Origin: an uncultured Novosphingobium sp.
Lineage (GTDB): Bacteria > Pseudomonadota > Alphaproteobacteria > Sphingomonadales > Sphingomonadaceae
Assembly (NCBI GenBank): GCA_964520765.1
Contig: CAZFPW010000001.1
Location: forward strand, 11,876-75,875
DNA length: 64,000 bases
Direction: 5' to 3'
Shown: piece after piece, positions 9,179 to 19,259 of the stretch
How positions within the stretch are numbered: position 1 is the stretch's first letter
Layout: each line of letters begins with the position of its first letter
Translations under genes and position numbers: made by a program
Notes under the pieces: generated by a model
Told to the model about the DNA's origin: nothing
What the model saw: the letters and a program-made list of their open reading frames with translations, nothing else
Database searches by the model: none

Positions 9179-10882
9179 TCAGATGCAGCGATAACTGGAG
9201 GCCTTGTCCGGACCGCCGCCGGGCTTGAGCACGGCGCGCTTCGGCCAGGCGCAGACCAGACGCTCGCGGACGACCTTGGGCACTGGCATGCCCATCATCG
9301 CCATGATCGCCACCTGGTCGCGCCGGCCGACGAAGGTCTCGGGCGCGGGCGCCCTGCCCTCGGTCCAGTCCTGGAGCGCGGCAACCATGTTGGTCTCGCG
9401 CGTGCTGCCCGGCGCGGGCGCGCCGTTCTGGCCGAGGTCGTCGGCGCCGATCCCACCGAAGCAGTGCTGCACGCCCGGGACCATGAACAGCCGCGACGAA
9501 CTGGCTGCCTTCGGCCCCGACTGGCGCAGCATGGCCGTGTGATAGCGCAACGTCGCCTCAGGCGGGATCGCCGGGTCGGCCCAGCCGTGCCAGAGGATCA
9601 GCTTGCCGCCTCGCGCGAAGAATCGCTGCAGGTTTGGCGATGCATCGATGTCGCGAGCCATTTCGGCCCGGAAACGCGGGGTATCGCGGTTGAAGTCGAA
9701 ATTCGCGGTCGTCGCGAACGGCTGCTGGATCACGTCCTTGAGCATCCCTCCTGCCAGCGATTCCGCCTGCGGAACGCCGCCGGCATTGCTCAGGAGGTAG
9801 CCCTCCCAGCCCATCATCGGCAGCGGCTTGCCCGCTTCGGAACCGGAGGGGAGGTAACCGGCAGCCAGCAGGCGCCCCGCCGCATCGCGCGGTCCGTCAT
9901 GGATGCGCTTCAGGGCCGTCACCTGCTGCGGACTGAAGCACTGTGCCGACTGCGACGTCCCGCACTGCAACTTGGCCGCATCGAAGCGGCACTGGCGCGG
10001 GTCGTCGATCAGGCCATCGACCTGCCCGTCGATGGCGTCGCATTGCTTGACGACCTCTTCCTGGAGCAGCCCCGTCTGATCGGGCCGGATGGCCGCGCCC
10101 GCCGGCAACTGCGCCTGGATCGCATTGATCATAGCCAGACCAAGCTCGGTGAAGCTGGCCGCCGGCGCGCTCGACAGGATGCCGTCGTAGTCTTCCGGGA
10201 AGCGCGCGGCTTCCATCAGGCCCTGCCGCCCACCGCCAGAGCAGCCGACGAAATAAGACTTATCCGGCCCCCGCTTGTAGAAAGCCCGGATCAGATCCTT
10301 CGCCGCCACGGTGGAAAGATGGATCGCCCGCCAGCCATAGTCGCGGACCCGTTCCGGACGCCCCTTGGCCCAGGAGCTTTCAATCGGCGCCCCCGTGTGG
10401 CCGGTGTCGGTCGCCACGGCCGCTTGCCCCGCCTTCACGGCTGTGCTGAGCGTCATGTGATCGATCGATCCGGCAAACCCGCCGATGCCGACACCGTGGA
10501 GCCGGCCATCCCAGCCCGCGGCGGGCAGCCATACCTCGAACCCGATGTCGGAGCCGGCCTCTGGATGGATGCGTCCGATCACGCGGCAGAAGGCGGGCAG
10601 GCCCGAGATGAGCGCGCCTTGCATGCCAGGCATGCTGGGCATTCTCGCGCCTTCGACGGGAGTGTCGGCAATCTGCGCGGTGGCGGTGACGATCTCGACA
10701 TCCTTGAGCCGCAGTCCGGCCAAGCTTTCGCAGGAAGTCGCCGCAGCGGTCGTCGCCGTGGCGGCCTGCGCCGCGGGAACGACCGAAATCGCGGCTTCCC
10801 CGGCAGAGGAATGCGCCCAGTATGCGGCCGTGCCCAGCAGGCCCGTGGCCAGGGCCGCGACAGATCCGATTGCGTGCTTCAC
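9179..10882 (-). CDS. Tannase/feruloyl esterase family hydrolase (copy 2)
   Basis: TDTGH, GCSGGGRQG, HGWADP, QHCFGG; GTG start overlaps the nitroreductase stop (GTGA). Confidence 0.92.
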   Translation of the reverse strand: MKHAIGSVAALATGLLGTAAYWAHSSAGEAAISVVPAAQAATATTAAATSCESLAGLRLKDVEIVTATAQIADTPVEGARMPSMPGMQGALISGLPAFCRVIGRIHPEAGSDIGFEVWLPAAGWDGRLHGVGIGGFAGSIDHMTLSTAVKAGQAAVATDTGHTGAPIESSWAKGRPERVRDYGWRAIHLSTVAAKDLIRAFYKRGPDKSYFVGCSGGGRQGLMEAARFPEDYDGILSSAPAASFTELGLAMINAIQAQLPAGAAIRPDQTGLLQEEVVKQCDAIDGQVDGLIDDPRQCRFDAAKLQCGTSQSAQCFSPQQVTALKRIHDGPRDAAGRLLAAGYLPSGSEAGKPLPMMGWEGYLLSNAGGVPQAESLAGGMLKDVIQQPFATTANFDFNRDTPRFRAEMARDIDASPNLQRFFARGGKLILWHGWADPAIPPEATLRYHTAMLRQSGPKAASSSRLFMVPGVQHCFGGIGADDLGQNGAPAPGSTRETNMVAALQDWTEGRAPAPETFVGRRDQVAIMAMMGMPVPKVVRERLVCAWPKRAVLKPGGGPDKASSYRCI

Positions 10883-11580
10883 GTCGTCTCTCCATTGCCT
10901 GCATGCCATGTGGTGAACTCGTCCACGGCTGCACGATCCGTAATGAGGGTGTTCTCGATCGCGGAGCGATCCTCATGTCCCAGCGCCATGCCCGACAGCA
11001 CGATGTGGTTGTCTGGGATAGCCAGCGCGCGGTGGACCACCGCGCCGTAATCGCACCATGCCTGCTGGGGACAGGTCTCCAGTCCGAAAGCCCGCGCGAC
11101 CGTCATGACGTTCTGCATGAACATCCCGCAGTCGAGCCAGGCGCCCAGCGCCATCGCCCGCTCCATCGTGAAGAACAGCCCGACCGGCGCGCCGAAGAAA
11201 TCGTAGTTGCGGAGCATCGCCGCCTTGCGGCCCGGCATGTCGTGGCGATCGACGCCGTACTTGGCGTAGAGATCGAACCCGACCTTCCGGCGCCGGGAGA
11301 TGTAGGGCTCGTCCAGCTTCTCGGGGAGGTACTGGTATTCCAGGCTCCCCTCGTCCGCTTCGGCGGCAGCGAGCACCGCCTTGGACACGCGCTCGCGCGC
11401 CTTTCCCGTTACGACGTGGATCAGCCACGGCTGGATATTGGTGCCCGATGCCGCCCGCGCCGAAGCGTGGAGGATTTGCCGGATCGTCGCCTCCGGGACC
11501 GCCGTCGGCAGGAACCGTCGCACGGATCGACGGCCGGTGACGGCCTCCAGCACCGAGATATCCCGTTCCGGCAGGCTCAT
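10879..11580 (-). CDS. Nitroreductase family protein (copy 1)
   Basis: RRSVRRF, ASGTNIQPW, FFGAP, DCGMFMQN. Confidence 0.92.
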   Translation of the reverse strand: MSLPERDISVLEAVTGRRSVRRFLPTAVPEATIRQILHASARAASGTNIQPWLIHVVTGKARERVSKAVLAAAEADEGSLEYQYLPEKLDEPYISRRRKVGFDLYAKYGVDRHDMPGRKAAMLRNYDFFGAPVGLFFTMERAMALGAWLDCGMFMQNVMTVARAFGLETCPQQAWCDYGAVVHRALAIPDNHIVLSGMALGHEDRSAIENTLITDRAAVDEFTTWHAGNGETT

Positions 11581-13229
11581 TGCGCTTCGGCCAGTTGCTC
11601 GCGCCGCTGCTGCTTCAGCACGAAACGCTGGATCTTGCCGCTGGGCGTCTTGGGCAGCGCCGCCGCGAAATGGATCTCCCGCGGATAGGCATGCGCGGCG
11701 TAGCGGGTCTTGACCCAGAGTTGCAATTCGCGCGTCAGGTCGGCCGAACCGGCGTGCCCGTCGCGCAGCACGACGAAGGCCTCCATGACTTCGCCGCGCA
11801 CTTCGTCCGGCACGGCGATCACCGCCGACTCCGCGACCGCCGGATGGGTCGAAAGCACCGATTCCACCTCGAACGGACCGATGCGGTAGCCCGCCATGAT
11901 GATCACGTCGTCGTCGCGGGCGGAAAAGTGGAAGTAGCCTTCATCGTCGTACAGCCCGGTGTCGCCGGTCAGATACCACTTGCCGCCGCCGGCGAACTTC
12001 TCGGCGCTTTTGGCGGGATCGCCGTCATAGCCGGCAAAGAACGCCAGCGGGCTTTCGGCGACGACCATGGCGACGCGGCCGACCTCGTTCGGCCCGACCT
12101 CCTCATCGCGCTCGGCATGGAGCACCGTCGCGGTCCAGCCGGGCATCGCCTGGCCCATCGAGCCCGGCTTGATCGGGCGGCTGACGGCGGCGTGATGGTG
12201 GTTGTTTATCAGCATCCCGACCTCGGTCTGGCCGTAGTGATCGTGCACCGTCACCCCGAGCGCCTGCTCGGCCCATTCGTTGACCTCGGGCGTCAGCGGC
12301 TCCCCGGCGCTCGAGGCGCGCTCCAGCTTCAGGTCGGCGGGGACAGCGATCCCCGAACTGCGCAGGGCGCGATAGACCGTTGGCGCGACGGCGAAGTTCG
12401 TCACGCCCTCCCCGGCCAGCACCGCCATGGTCGTTTCGGGCGTGAACCCGCCCTCGAACAGGATGGATGGCGTGCCGGTGGTGAAGGTCGAAAGAATCCC
12501 GAAGTACAAGCCATAGGCCCAACCCGGATCGGCGGCACACCAGAACATGTCGTCGCTGCGCAGGCCTTGACCGAACTCGGCATAGACCTGGAACGCAGCG
12601 AGCGCGCGGAGCGGCACGACGACGCCCTTGGGCCGCCCCGTCGTTCCTGAGGTGTACACGTGAATGATCGGCGCATCGCCGCCCACAGCGGCAGTGGGTA
12701 TGGATGGTCCCGCCGCCGCCATCAGTTCGTGAAACGACAGGCTACCCTCGACCGCCGGGCCCGTGGCGATCACTTGCCAGGGTGCGTCGGCCGGGATGAC
12801 GTCGCCCGGCGCAAGCTTGATCAGTTGCGACGGGTCGCAGACGACCGCCTTCGCCTTGCTGCCCAGCAAGCGCTCGGCAATCGCCGGCGGGGCGAAGGCC
12901 GTGAACAGCGGTACGTGAACCGCGCCCAGCCGCCATATGCCCATCAGCGTGACGAGGTACTCACGGCTCTTGCCCATCAAGGTTGCGATACGATCGCCCA
13001 GCCCGAAGCCCAGGCCCGCCAAGGCGGCGGCGAACCGCTCGGACTCCTGGCGCAGTTCGCCATAGATCAGGTCACGCGCGGACAGGTCCTGGCCAATGAC
13101 CCGATAGGCGAGCGAGGCCGGATCGCGATCGTCGCACAGCAGCGCCGCAACCGATGCGTCCGGCGCCGAATATCGCCCGATCAACTCGCCGACTCGCGGC
13201 ATTGCAGCAGCGTTGGAAAAATTGCCCAT
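11577..13229 (-). CDS. Acyl-CoA synthetase / AMP-binding protein (copy 1)
   Basis: YTSGTTGRPKG, DHYGQTE, LPKTPSGK. Confidence 0.93.
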   Translation of the reverse strand: MGNFSNAAAMPRVGELIGRYSAPDASVAALLCDDRDPASLAYRVIGQDLSARDLIYGELRQESERFAAALAGLGFGLGDRIATLMGKSREYLVTLMGIWRLGAVHVPLFTAFAPPAIAERLLGSKAKAVVCDPSQLIKLAPGDVIPADAPWQVIATGPAVEGSLSFHELMAAAGPSIPTAAVGGDAPIIHVYTSGTTGRPKGVVVPLRALAAFQVYAEFGQGLRSDDMFWCAADPGWAYGLYFGILSTFTTGTPSILFEGGFTPETTMAVLAGEGVTNFAVAPTVYRALRSSGIAVPADLKLERASSAGEPLTPEVNEWAEQALGVTVHDHYGQTEVGMLINNHHHAAVSRPIKPGSMGQAMPGWTATVLHAERDEEVGPNEVGRVAMVVAESPLAFFAGYDGDPAKSAEKFAGGGKWYLTGDTGLYDDEGYFHFSARDDDVIIMAGYRIGPFEVESVLSTHPAVAESAVIAVPDEVRGEVMEAFVVLRDGHAGSADLTRELQLWVKTRYAAHAYPREIHFAAALPKTPSGKIQRFVLKQQRREQLAEAQ

Positions 13230-13646
13230 CCAGCCCTCTCTTTATTTGTATGATTATATCCATATTTTATCGAAGGGGAAAGCCTCGCTCCGAGAAAATT
13301 ATGCCGCCATGCCTCGTTATTGAGAAGGTTTCAGCACGGAGCTTGCTCCTTCAGGAAACCCGCCTTCACGACATTTCGTATCCAATATCATGTTGAGATT
13401 GCTGAACCCCAAACACGCAGGATTGTGGAGCTGGGGAAATACGCCAGGCAAAGATCGCCCTATGGGCCACTGCGGCCGGCCAAACGGCTTCTTCAATGCC
13501 TATGGCGCGGGCTTCCGCAGCGCCGAGACCGGATCTGCGCCAACTCGATACCTGATCTTAGGACCCGCGAGTTGCTTGATCTGCGTAAGGTGGCAACTCT
13601 TGCCAGCATCAAGGCAGAGGCCCTACCAGGTCACGCGCTGGATGCT

Positions 13647-14321
13647 TTACCCGTTGGAATCCGCCATCTCACGGCTGAACTGCAACAGCCCCATGTGCGT
13701 GCGCCGAATGTGCATGCCTAGAATGCGCGGCGCCAGATCGAGCTCGCGGCGCTTGATCGCGCCGAACAGCAAGTCCCGCTCGGCGCGCATGATCTGGCGG
13801 CGTTCGGCGTCCTGGAGCGCCAGCCGGGCGTAGGTCCGGCGATAGCTTTGGGTCGTATCCCACAGGCGCTCCACGATCTGGGCGAGCAGCGGCGCCTGGT
13901 GGCCGCGGAACGCGGTCCAGTGAAATTGCCGGTTCAGCGGCAGGAACTCGTCGACGTCACTCGAGACTTCCATCCGCTCCTTGATGTCCTGCATCTCGTC
14001 GAAGTCGGCCGTGGTCAGGTTCGGCAAGCTCTCGGCCAGCAGCATCGGCTCAAGCTGCTCGCGGATCTGATACGAGATCTCCATGTCGCGAATGCTCAGG
14101 CTGGCCACGCGCGCGCCGTAGTTGGCCTTCAGCGAGACGAGGCCGCGCGTCTCTAGGATACGCAGGGCGTCGCGAACCGGAATCCGGCTGATGTTGAGCT
14201 CGGAAGCGAGTTCGTCCTGCTTGATCCGGTCGCCGGGCCTCATCTCCCCGGCGAGGATGCGCTCCGCCAGGATGTCCGCGACGCGCTGACTGGCTACTTG
14301 CGATTGTCCGTCCTGCTTCAT
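13647..14321 (-). CDS. GntR family regulator (FadR/FCD type)
   Basis: PGDRIKQDELASELNISRIPVRDAL winged HTH; NRQFH in the FCD domain; start approximate. Confidence 0.92.
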   Translation of the reverse strand: MKQDGQSQVASQRVADILAERILAGEMRPGDRIKQDELASELNISRIPVRDALRILETRGLVSLKANYGARVASLSIRDMEISYQIREQLEPMLLAESLPNLTTADFDEMQDIKERMEVSSDVDEFLPLNRQFHWTAFRGHQAPLLAQIVERLWDTTQSYRRTYARLALQDAERRQIMRAERDLLFGAIKRRELDLAPRILGMHIRRTHMGLLQFSREMADSNG

Positions 14322-14392
14322 TCGCCCCACTCCAAGCTGGCGTTCGGTTACCGCCAACGGCAGAGGAATCCAAGCAAGTCCGAGAAAGGGCG

Positions 14393-15253
14393 TCAGCGGA
14401 TGATATTGGGATATTGCCGGCGCGGCGCGATATCGTGGGTTTCGCGATAGGACGGCGGCTGTCGCCCGCCTTCATCCTGGATGCCGTACTTAACCGCCAT
14501 CTCGGCCCCGATGACCGTCTGGCCCGACAGCGCCGTCAACCCGGCATCGTTGTACAGCGCCCAGATGACGTGCCCGGTGAACTCGGGCGTCTCGACCCGA
14601 TCCCAAAGGTAGTTGTATTTCTCCGGATCGGACGCGATCACCATCTTCAACCGATCGGTGAGCAAGGCCCCCATCCAGACCGACAGCGCCGCCACGCCCG
14701 TACCCTCGAGATCGACCGCCATGTCGGCCGCCAGCTTGTCGACGCCCGCCTTGTGCGCTCCGTAGCCGGGACCATAGACGTAGTGGACGCCGCCCGAGCC
14801 GGAAGTGTTGACGATCAGCCCGCTCCCCTGCCCGACCATGACCGGCGCGGCGTGCCAGCTCGCGACATAGCTGCTGCGGATGCCGACGTTGATGATGTCC
14901 GCCAGCTTGAGCGGCTTTTCCCAGAACCGCCCCGGCGTTGTCAGCTCGTCGTAGATCGCCGCGGCGTTGTTGACGAGGATGTCGATCTTGCCTTGGTCCC
15001 GCATGACCTGGCGGAACAGCTCCTCGACCTCGTCGTCGTTGCCATGGTCAACCTTGACCGCGATCCCGGTGCCACCCGCTGCGGTCACGGCCTCCGCGGT
15101 TTCGTAGATCGTTCCGGGAAGCACGTGATCGGAAACCTGCTGCGAACGGCCCGTAACGTATACCGTACAGCCGTGGGCGCCCAGACCGATCGCGATACCC
15201 CGGCCCGCACCGCGGCTCGCGCCGGTCACGATCGCAACTGGCTTGTCCGTCAT
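14393..15253 (-). CDS. SDR family oxidoreductase
   Basis: TGASRGAGRG, NNA, YGAHK; AAGGAGG RBS. Confidence 0.92.
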   Translation of the reverse strand: MTDKPVAIVTGASRGAGRGIAIGLGAHGCTVYVTGRSQQVSDHVLPGTIYETAEAVTAAGGTGIAVKVDHGNDDEVEELFRQVMRDQGKIDILVNNAAAIYDELTTPGRFWEKPLKLADIINVGIRSSYVASWHAAPVMVGQGSGLIVNTSGSGGVHYVYGPGYGAHKAGVDKLAADMAVDLEGTGVAALSVWMGALLTDRLKMVIASDPEKYNYLWDRVETPEFTGHVIWALYNDAGLTALSGQTVIGAEMAVKYGIQDEGGRQPPSYRETHDIAPRRQYPNIIR

Positions 15254-15292
15254 TCCATCGATCCTCCTTGGCCCCATCCGCCCCTACCCAAT

Positions 15293-15302
15293 ATGTATAC
15301 AA
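15293..15302. promoter_or_regulatory. Putative GntR/FadR-type operator (ATGTATACAA)
   Basis: Palindromic core TGTATACA 40 bp upstream of the SDR-GntR genes; identical 10-mer at 18630. Confidence 0.55.
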
Positions 15303-15495
15303 CCATATTGCCGCCTACTGAAAGCATATTGGTGGCGGGAAACTCAGGGTGGAGGACGCCGCGATCGTGGAGACTCCGCCCCGCCCGATCCATTTCGCCA
15401 CCGGCAATGTGCCTTCACCACCTACGGGCATCAAAGAGGGCTAGCGGGGAAGCGACCGGGCCGTTTAACGGTCCCAGCACCCAATCAACATCGGC

Positions 15496-15530
15496 AAAAA
15501 TAGGCCGGCGGAGTTACCGCCGGCCTTTTC
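15496..15530 (-). terminator. Rho-independent terminator after TonB-dependent receptor 1
   Basis: 10-bp stem AGGCCGGCGG/CCGCCGGCCT with A and T runs on the flanks. Confidence 0.8.
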
Positions 15531-15553
15531 GCGCCAGAGAGGAGAGCGCGAAA

Positions 15554-18244
15554 TCAGAACTTCTTCTTGATGCCGAGTTGGACGAACCTGCCCAGCGTAA
15601 ACCCCGAATAGCCGGCGCTTCCGCCATTGCTGCCGTTCAGCAAGGGGGGAGTGGTGTCGAAGACGTTGTCGATGTTCAGATTGAACGTCACATCCTGCAG
15701 AACACCTGTCGCCTGGGGAGCATACTGGAATGCGAGGTTGAACACATTGAATGCGCCAACCCGCGATTGGTTGTTGTTCGCCGCAGTCGGTGGGATCTGA
15801 TAGCCACCGGTGCGATTCCACGTCAGCCTGCCGAGGAAATCGCCGACAGTGGCGCCAACGGTGGTCGACGTACGCCAGCGGATGACCTGATTGTCATCGA
15901 GCCCCTGGATCGGGCTGGCGGCACTGGCCTGAGTTTTGTAGCTCAAGATGTAGGTGCCGGCGATCCCGGCAAATACCGAACCGAAGCTGGTCGGGTGCTG
16001 GTAGTCGACGCTGAAGTCCAGACCACTTGTCTGTACCTGCGAAAGGTTCTGCGACAGGCCGTTCTGCAATGCATAAACCTTGCTGGGATCGTCAAGGTAC
16101 GTCTGGAGATTCGCCGCAGCCAGCAGCGTGGGAGAGACGGAGCTGACGTAGGACTGGATCTGCGCCGCGGTCAGGGGGTTGGCTGCCGTATTCAGGACAT
16201 AGCTATCCGGAAAGAGCGTATAGAACGCGGGCGTGAAGAACGACGGGAAAGCGATGCGATCCTTGAAGTCGATATTGTAGTACGTCAGGCTGGCGGAGAG
16301 CCCGGGAATGAACTCGGGCTTGATATCCGTGCCGATCTGCCACGTCGTCGCCTTCTGCGGCTTCAGATTGACGCCGCCGCCAGGATAGAGGAGCAGGATG
16401 AACTTGCCGGCCGTATCCCCCGGCGCGCCGAACGTGTTGGCTGGGAACACCTGCAGTGCTGTCGGGATCACCTCGGCCTTAGAAGCGAGCGAAGGCGCTT
16501 GGAAAGACTTGCCCCAGTTCCCGCGTAGCGTCCACCAACTGGTCGGCTTCCAAGTGACGCCGAGCTTCGGATTGAAGGTGCCGCCGAAGTCGCTGTAATG
16601 GTCGTACCGGCCTGCGGCCGAAAGCGTCAGCGAATGGAACCCCGCGGTACTGTTGTCCTCACCAAACAGCGGGATTGAAAGCTCGCCGAACACCGACTTG
16701 ACGGTGCGTGCGTCCGAGTACTTGAGAATTGACGACAGGTTGGAATTCAACGCGCTGCCGTTGCGCTGGTCGAACGTCTCATGCAGGATCTCACCGCCGA
16801 TTGCCACGCGGACTTGGCCGCCCGGCAGGGAGAACAAGGGCCCATCGACCACCGCCCGGGCATTGCTGATCGTATCCTTGCCCGAACTCAGAGCGCGATA
16901 GTTCGCTTGATAGGCAAGCGCAGCTTGTCCTGCGGACGTCGAGGCGAACAATCCGGTAAATGGGTTAAAGGCACCGCTGTCCGCCTGCGCCTGAAGCGCG
17001 CTTTGATCGATGGAGTTTCCAAAGAACTCGGCATGGCCTTCGCCATAGTTGTAGAATGCGACAACTTGCCAATCGCCACCCAATTTGACGGTGAACTGCG
17101 GCGTGACTCCCCATGTTTCAAGCGAGGTGTAGCCGTAATTGTTCTGGCCGAAGGTCGGACGAAGATTGCCGTAGACCGTGCCGTTAGGCAGCCCAGGATA
17201 GGTGGCCGTCAGGTTGTACGCCGTCGGCCCGCCATCGTTGATGGCCCTCCGATTGGTATAGAACGCGGTGACGTTGAAGTTGATCGCATCAGAAAGGTCG
17301 ACATCCAAGCCGGCCATCGCCGAATGGCGGCTTTTTGAGGGCAAGAAAGTCGTATTGTGGGTCTGGTCGCACAGGTTGGCGGAACCGGCAACGGGCACAC
17401 CGTTGACGATGGGGTAGTTGGTAATCGGAAGAATCGCATAATAGGGCGGATCGGGGAGGAACACCAAGCCGCCCGCTTGATAATTGCCTGGGCTGCAGTT
17501 CAAGGATTTCGCCAGTGCCGGGTTCGTCGAGTAGTCTAGATCCCGGACGTAATCGCGGTCGCTGTTCAGAATCAAGTTGCTATGGGCGTAGTTGTAGGTC
17601 GCCCAGATCGAGCCATTGTCCCACTTCTTGCCAGCCAGGACGTTGACGTCCCATTGCGTGTAATCGGCCGCACCGCCGAAATGACCGCCGATTTCCAAAC
17701 CATCGTAACGCTTGCGGGTAATCAGGTTGACCACGCCGCCGACCGCATCAGCACCATAAGTCGCCGAGCCGCCATCGGGCACGAGATCGACCCGCTCGAT
17801 CGCACCGGGCGGGATGGCGTCGATGTCTGCCGAAGTCTGCGTAACGCCCATGCCGGGAAGGCGATGGCCGTTCAAAAGCAGGAGCGTGCTATTGCTGCCG
17901 GAAGCGCCGCCACCAAGATAGCGCAGGATAGGCGCGTTGACGGTCTGGTACTGGCCGTAGCTGCCGACCTGGGGCCGGCTGTTAAAATTTGAATCGGACG
18001 GGATCGATCCGAGCAACTGGGAGGTATCCGAAACGCCGAGTTGCGAGATATCCTCGGATGTTACCGCCTTGAGATCCGATCCGGTCGGTGCCTGGCCGCG
18101 GATCAACGTACCAGTGACGACGATTTCGCTCGAATCCCCCTCGGTCTCCGCCGGCGCATTCTGCGCGAACGCAGTACCGGCGATCAACAGCGCCGGTAGC
18201 GCTACCCCGCACTTCGCAAAAGCGGAAAGCTTGATCTTCTTCAT
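15554..18244 (-). CDS. TonB-dependent receptor (copy 1)
   Basis: Signal peptide, TonB box EIVVTG, plug motif GGSATYGADAVGGVVN, NIDNVFD, C-terminal Phe. Confidence 0.95.
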   Translation of the reverse strand: MKKIKLSAFAKCGVALPALLIAGTAFAQNAPAETEGDSSEIVVTGTLIRGQAPTGSDLKAVTSEDISQLGVSDTSQLLGSIPSDSNFNSRPQVGSYGQYQTVNAPILRYLGGGASGSNSTLLLLNGHRLPGMGVTQTSADIDAIPPGAIERVDLVPDGGSATYGADAVGGVVNLITRKRYDGLEIGGHFGGAADYTQWDVNVLAGKKWDNGSIWATYNYAHSNLILNSDRDYVRDLDYSTNPALAKSLNCSPGNYQAGGLVFLPDPPYYAILPITNYPIVNGVPVAGSANLCDQTHNTTFLPSKSRHSAMAGLDVDLSDAINFNVTAFYTNRRAINDGGPTAYNLTATYPGLPNGTVYGNLRPTFGQNNYGYTSLETWGVTPQFTVKLGGDWQVVAFYNYGEGHAEFFGNSIDQSALQAQADSGAFNPFTGLFASTSAGQAALAYQANYRALSSGKDTISNARAVVDGPLFSLPGGQVRVAIGGEILHETFDQRNGSALNSNLSSILKYSDARTVKSVFGELSIPLFGEDNSTAGFHSLTLSAAGRYDHYSDFGGTFNPKLGVTWKPTSWWTLRGNWGKSFQAPSLASKAEVIPTALQVFPANTFGAPGDTAGKFILLLYPGGGVNLKPQKATTWQIGTDIKPEFIPGLSASLTYYNIDFKDRIAFPSFFTPAFYTLFPDSYVLNTAANPLTAAQIQSYVSSVSPTLLAAANLQTYLDDPSKVYALQNGLSQNLSQVQTSGLDFSVDYQHPTSFGSVFAGIAGTYILSYKTQASAASPIQGLDDNQVIRWRTSTTVGATVGDFLGRLTWNRTGGYQIPPTAANNNQSRVGAFNVFNLAFQYAPQATGVLQDVTFNLNIDNVFDTTPPLLNGSNGGSAGYSGFTLGRFVQLGIKKKF

Positions 18245-18629
18245 GAAACCCCTCCCATATACACTGCCCGATTGCACGGACGTTGCGTCGTCTGAACATC
18301 CAGGAATGGTTGGGCCGCGATATGCCCTTCGCTTCAGAACAGGCCCGGCAACGAAATTGCCGAACATCCGACCAACTCACCCCTGGCTTCGGAACCCCAG
18401 AAATCCTCTCGTCGACGGGACAATTTGCCCCAATCTGGAATAACTCATACAAAGAGAACTACAGGCAAGTCAACTCGCTCCCGGGCACTTTTCCTCAGTT
18501 TGTATCCCAAATACCGCGCATTTCGCTCCCTCCTCGCCACTTTTCCCATATTCTATATACGTTTTTGCGCGTGGCCGGCGGACCGACCTGTGGCACGACT
18601 CAGCCTCGCCACTCGCTCGCAACCACTTA

Positions 18630-18639
18630 ATGTATACAA
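18630..18639. promoter_or_regulatory. Putative GntR/FadR-type operator (ATGTATACAA)
   Basis: Identical to the 15293 site; 60 bp upstream of the CGSC gene. Confidence 0.55.
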
Positions 18640-18698
18640 TAATGTTGCTGACGGCGGACCGAGACAGTATCGTGCGCCGCTATGGGAAAGGAGCTGTC

Positions 18699-19259
18699 AT
18701 GAGTGATGGATTCGTACTCGACCCGACGGCGACGCGGGACAACGACATCGCGACTTCAGGCCCCGATGCCGGCAAGCTGATCGGCAAGAGGGTTGGCTTC
18801 CGGGTCGATCAGATCTGGCGGGCCTGGGACTGGATCAGCGCGGATTGGGCGGCGCGCCTCGAAGCGGCGGGCGCAAGGGTCAGCTTCTGGCGTTCCTGCG
18901 GCCGCTCCGGAGAAGAAGGCGACCGCATGGCTCGCGAACTCGACGAATGGCTTGCCACTCTCGACGTCGCGATCGTCGGCCTGGCCAACTGTGGCTCCTG
19001 CACCGGCTGGACCGTGCGCGATGCGCTTACCGCGGCATCGACCGGAATTCCCACCGTGGCGATCGCCACCAAGAATTTCGAGGACTTCGCTCACGAGATC
19101 GCCACCCGAGGCGGCAGATCGGGACTGCGGGTTCATGTCCTTCCCTACCCCCTGAACGAACGCGAGCGCAGCCGCGTGAGCGCCGTCGCGGCGGATCACT
19201 TCGCGCCCATGCTTGCCACGCTCGGCGCCCATCTAGAGGCCGGGCAGAACGCCGCATGA
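18699..19259 (+). CDS. UGSC-family-like redox protein, cysteine form (CGSC)
   Basis: DVAIVGLANCGSCTGW...GIPTVAI; AAGGAG RBS; family assignment recalled from the motif, not from a search. Confidence 0.7.
   Translation: MSDGFVLDPTATRDNDIATSGPDAGKLIGKRVGFRVDQIWRAWDWISADWAARLEAAGARVSFWRSCGRSGEEGDRMARELDEWLATLDVAIVGLANCGSCTGWTVRDALTAASTGIPTVAIATKNFEDFAHEIATRGGRSGLRVHVLPYPLNERERSRVSAVAADHFAPMLATLGAHLEAGQNAA

Noticed and set aside
13390..13833. 147-aa ORF as a real gene
   Set aside because: It overlaps the GntR 3' end on the opposite strand, has atypical composition and no clear RBS
14414..16528. Long antisense ORFs (also 9119-11050, 22161-24224, 27846-29621, 45282-47189, 54034-56031)
   Set aside because: Shadow frames of high-GC genes; rich in Arg, Ala and Gly with no recognisable motifs
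18987..19001. Selenocysteine recoding in the UGSC-like gene
   Set aside because: The codon is TGT (Cys); there is no in-frame TGA
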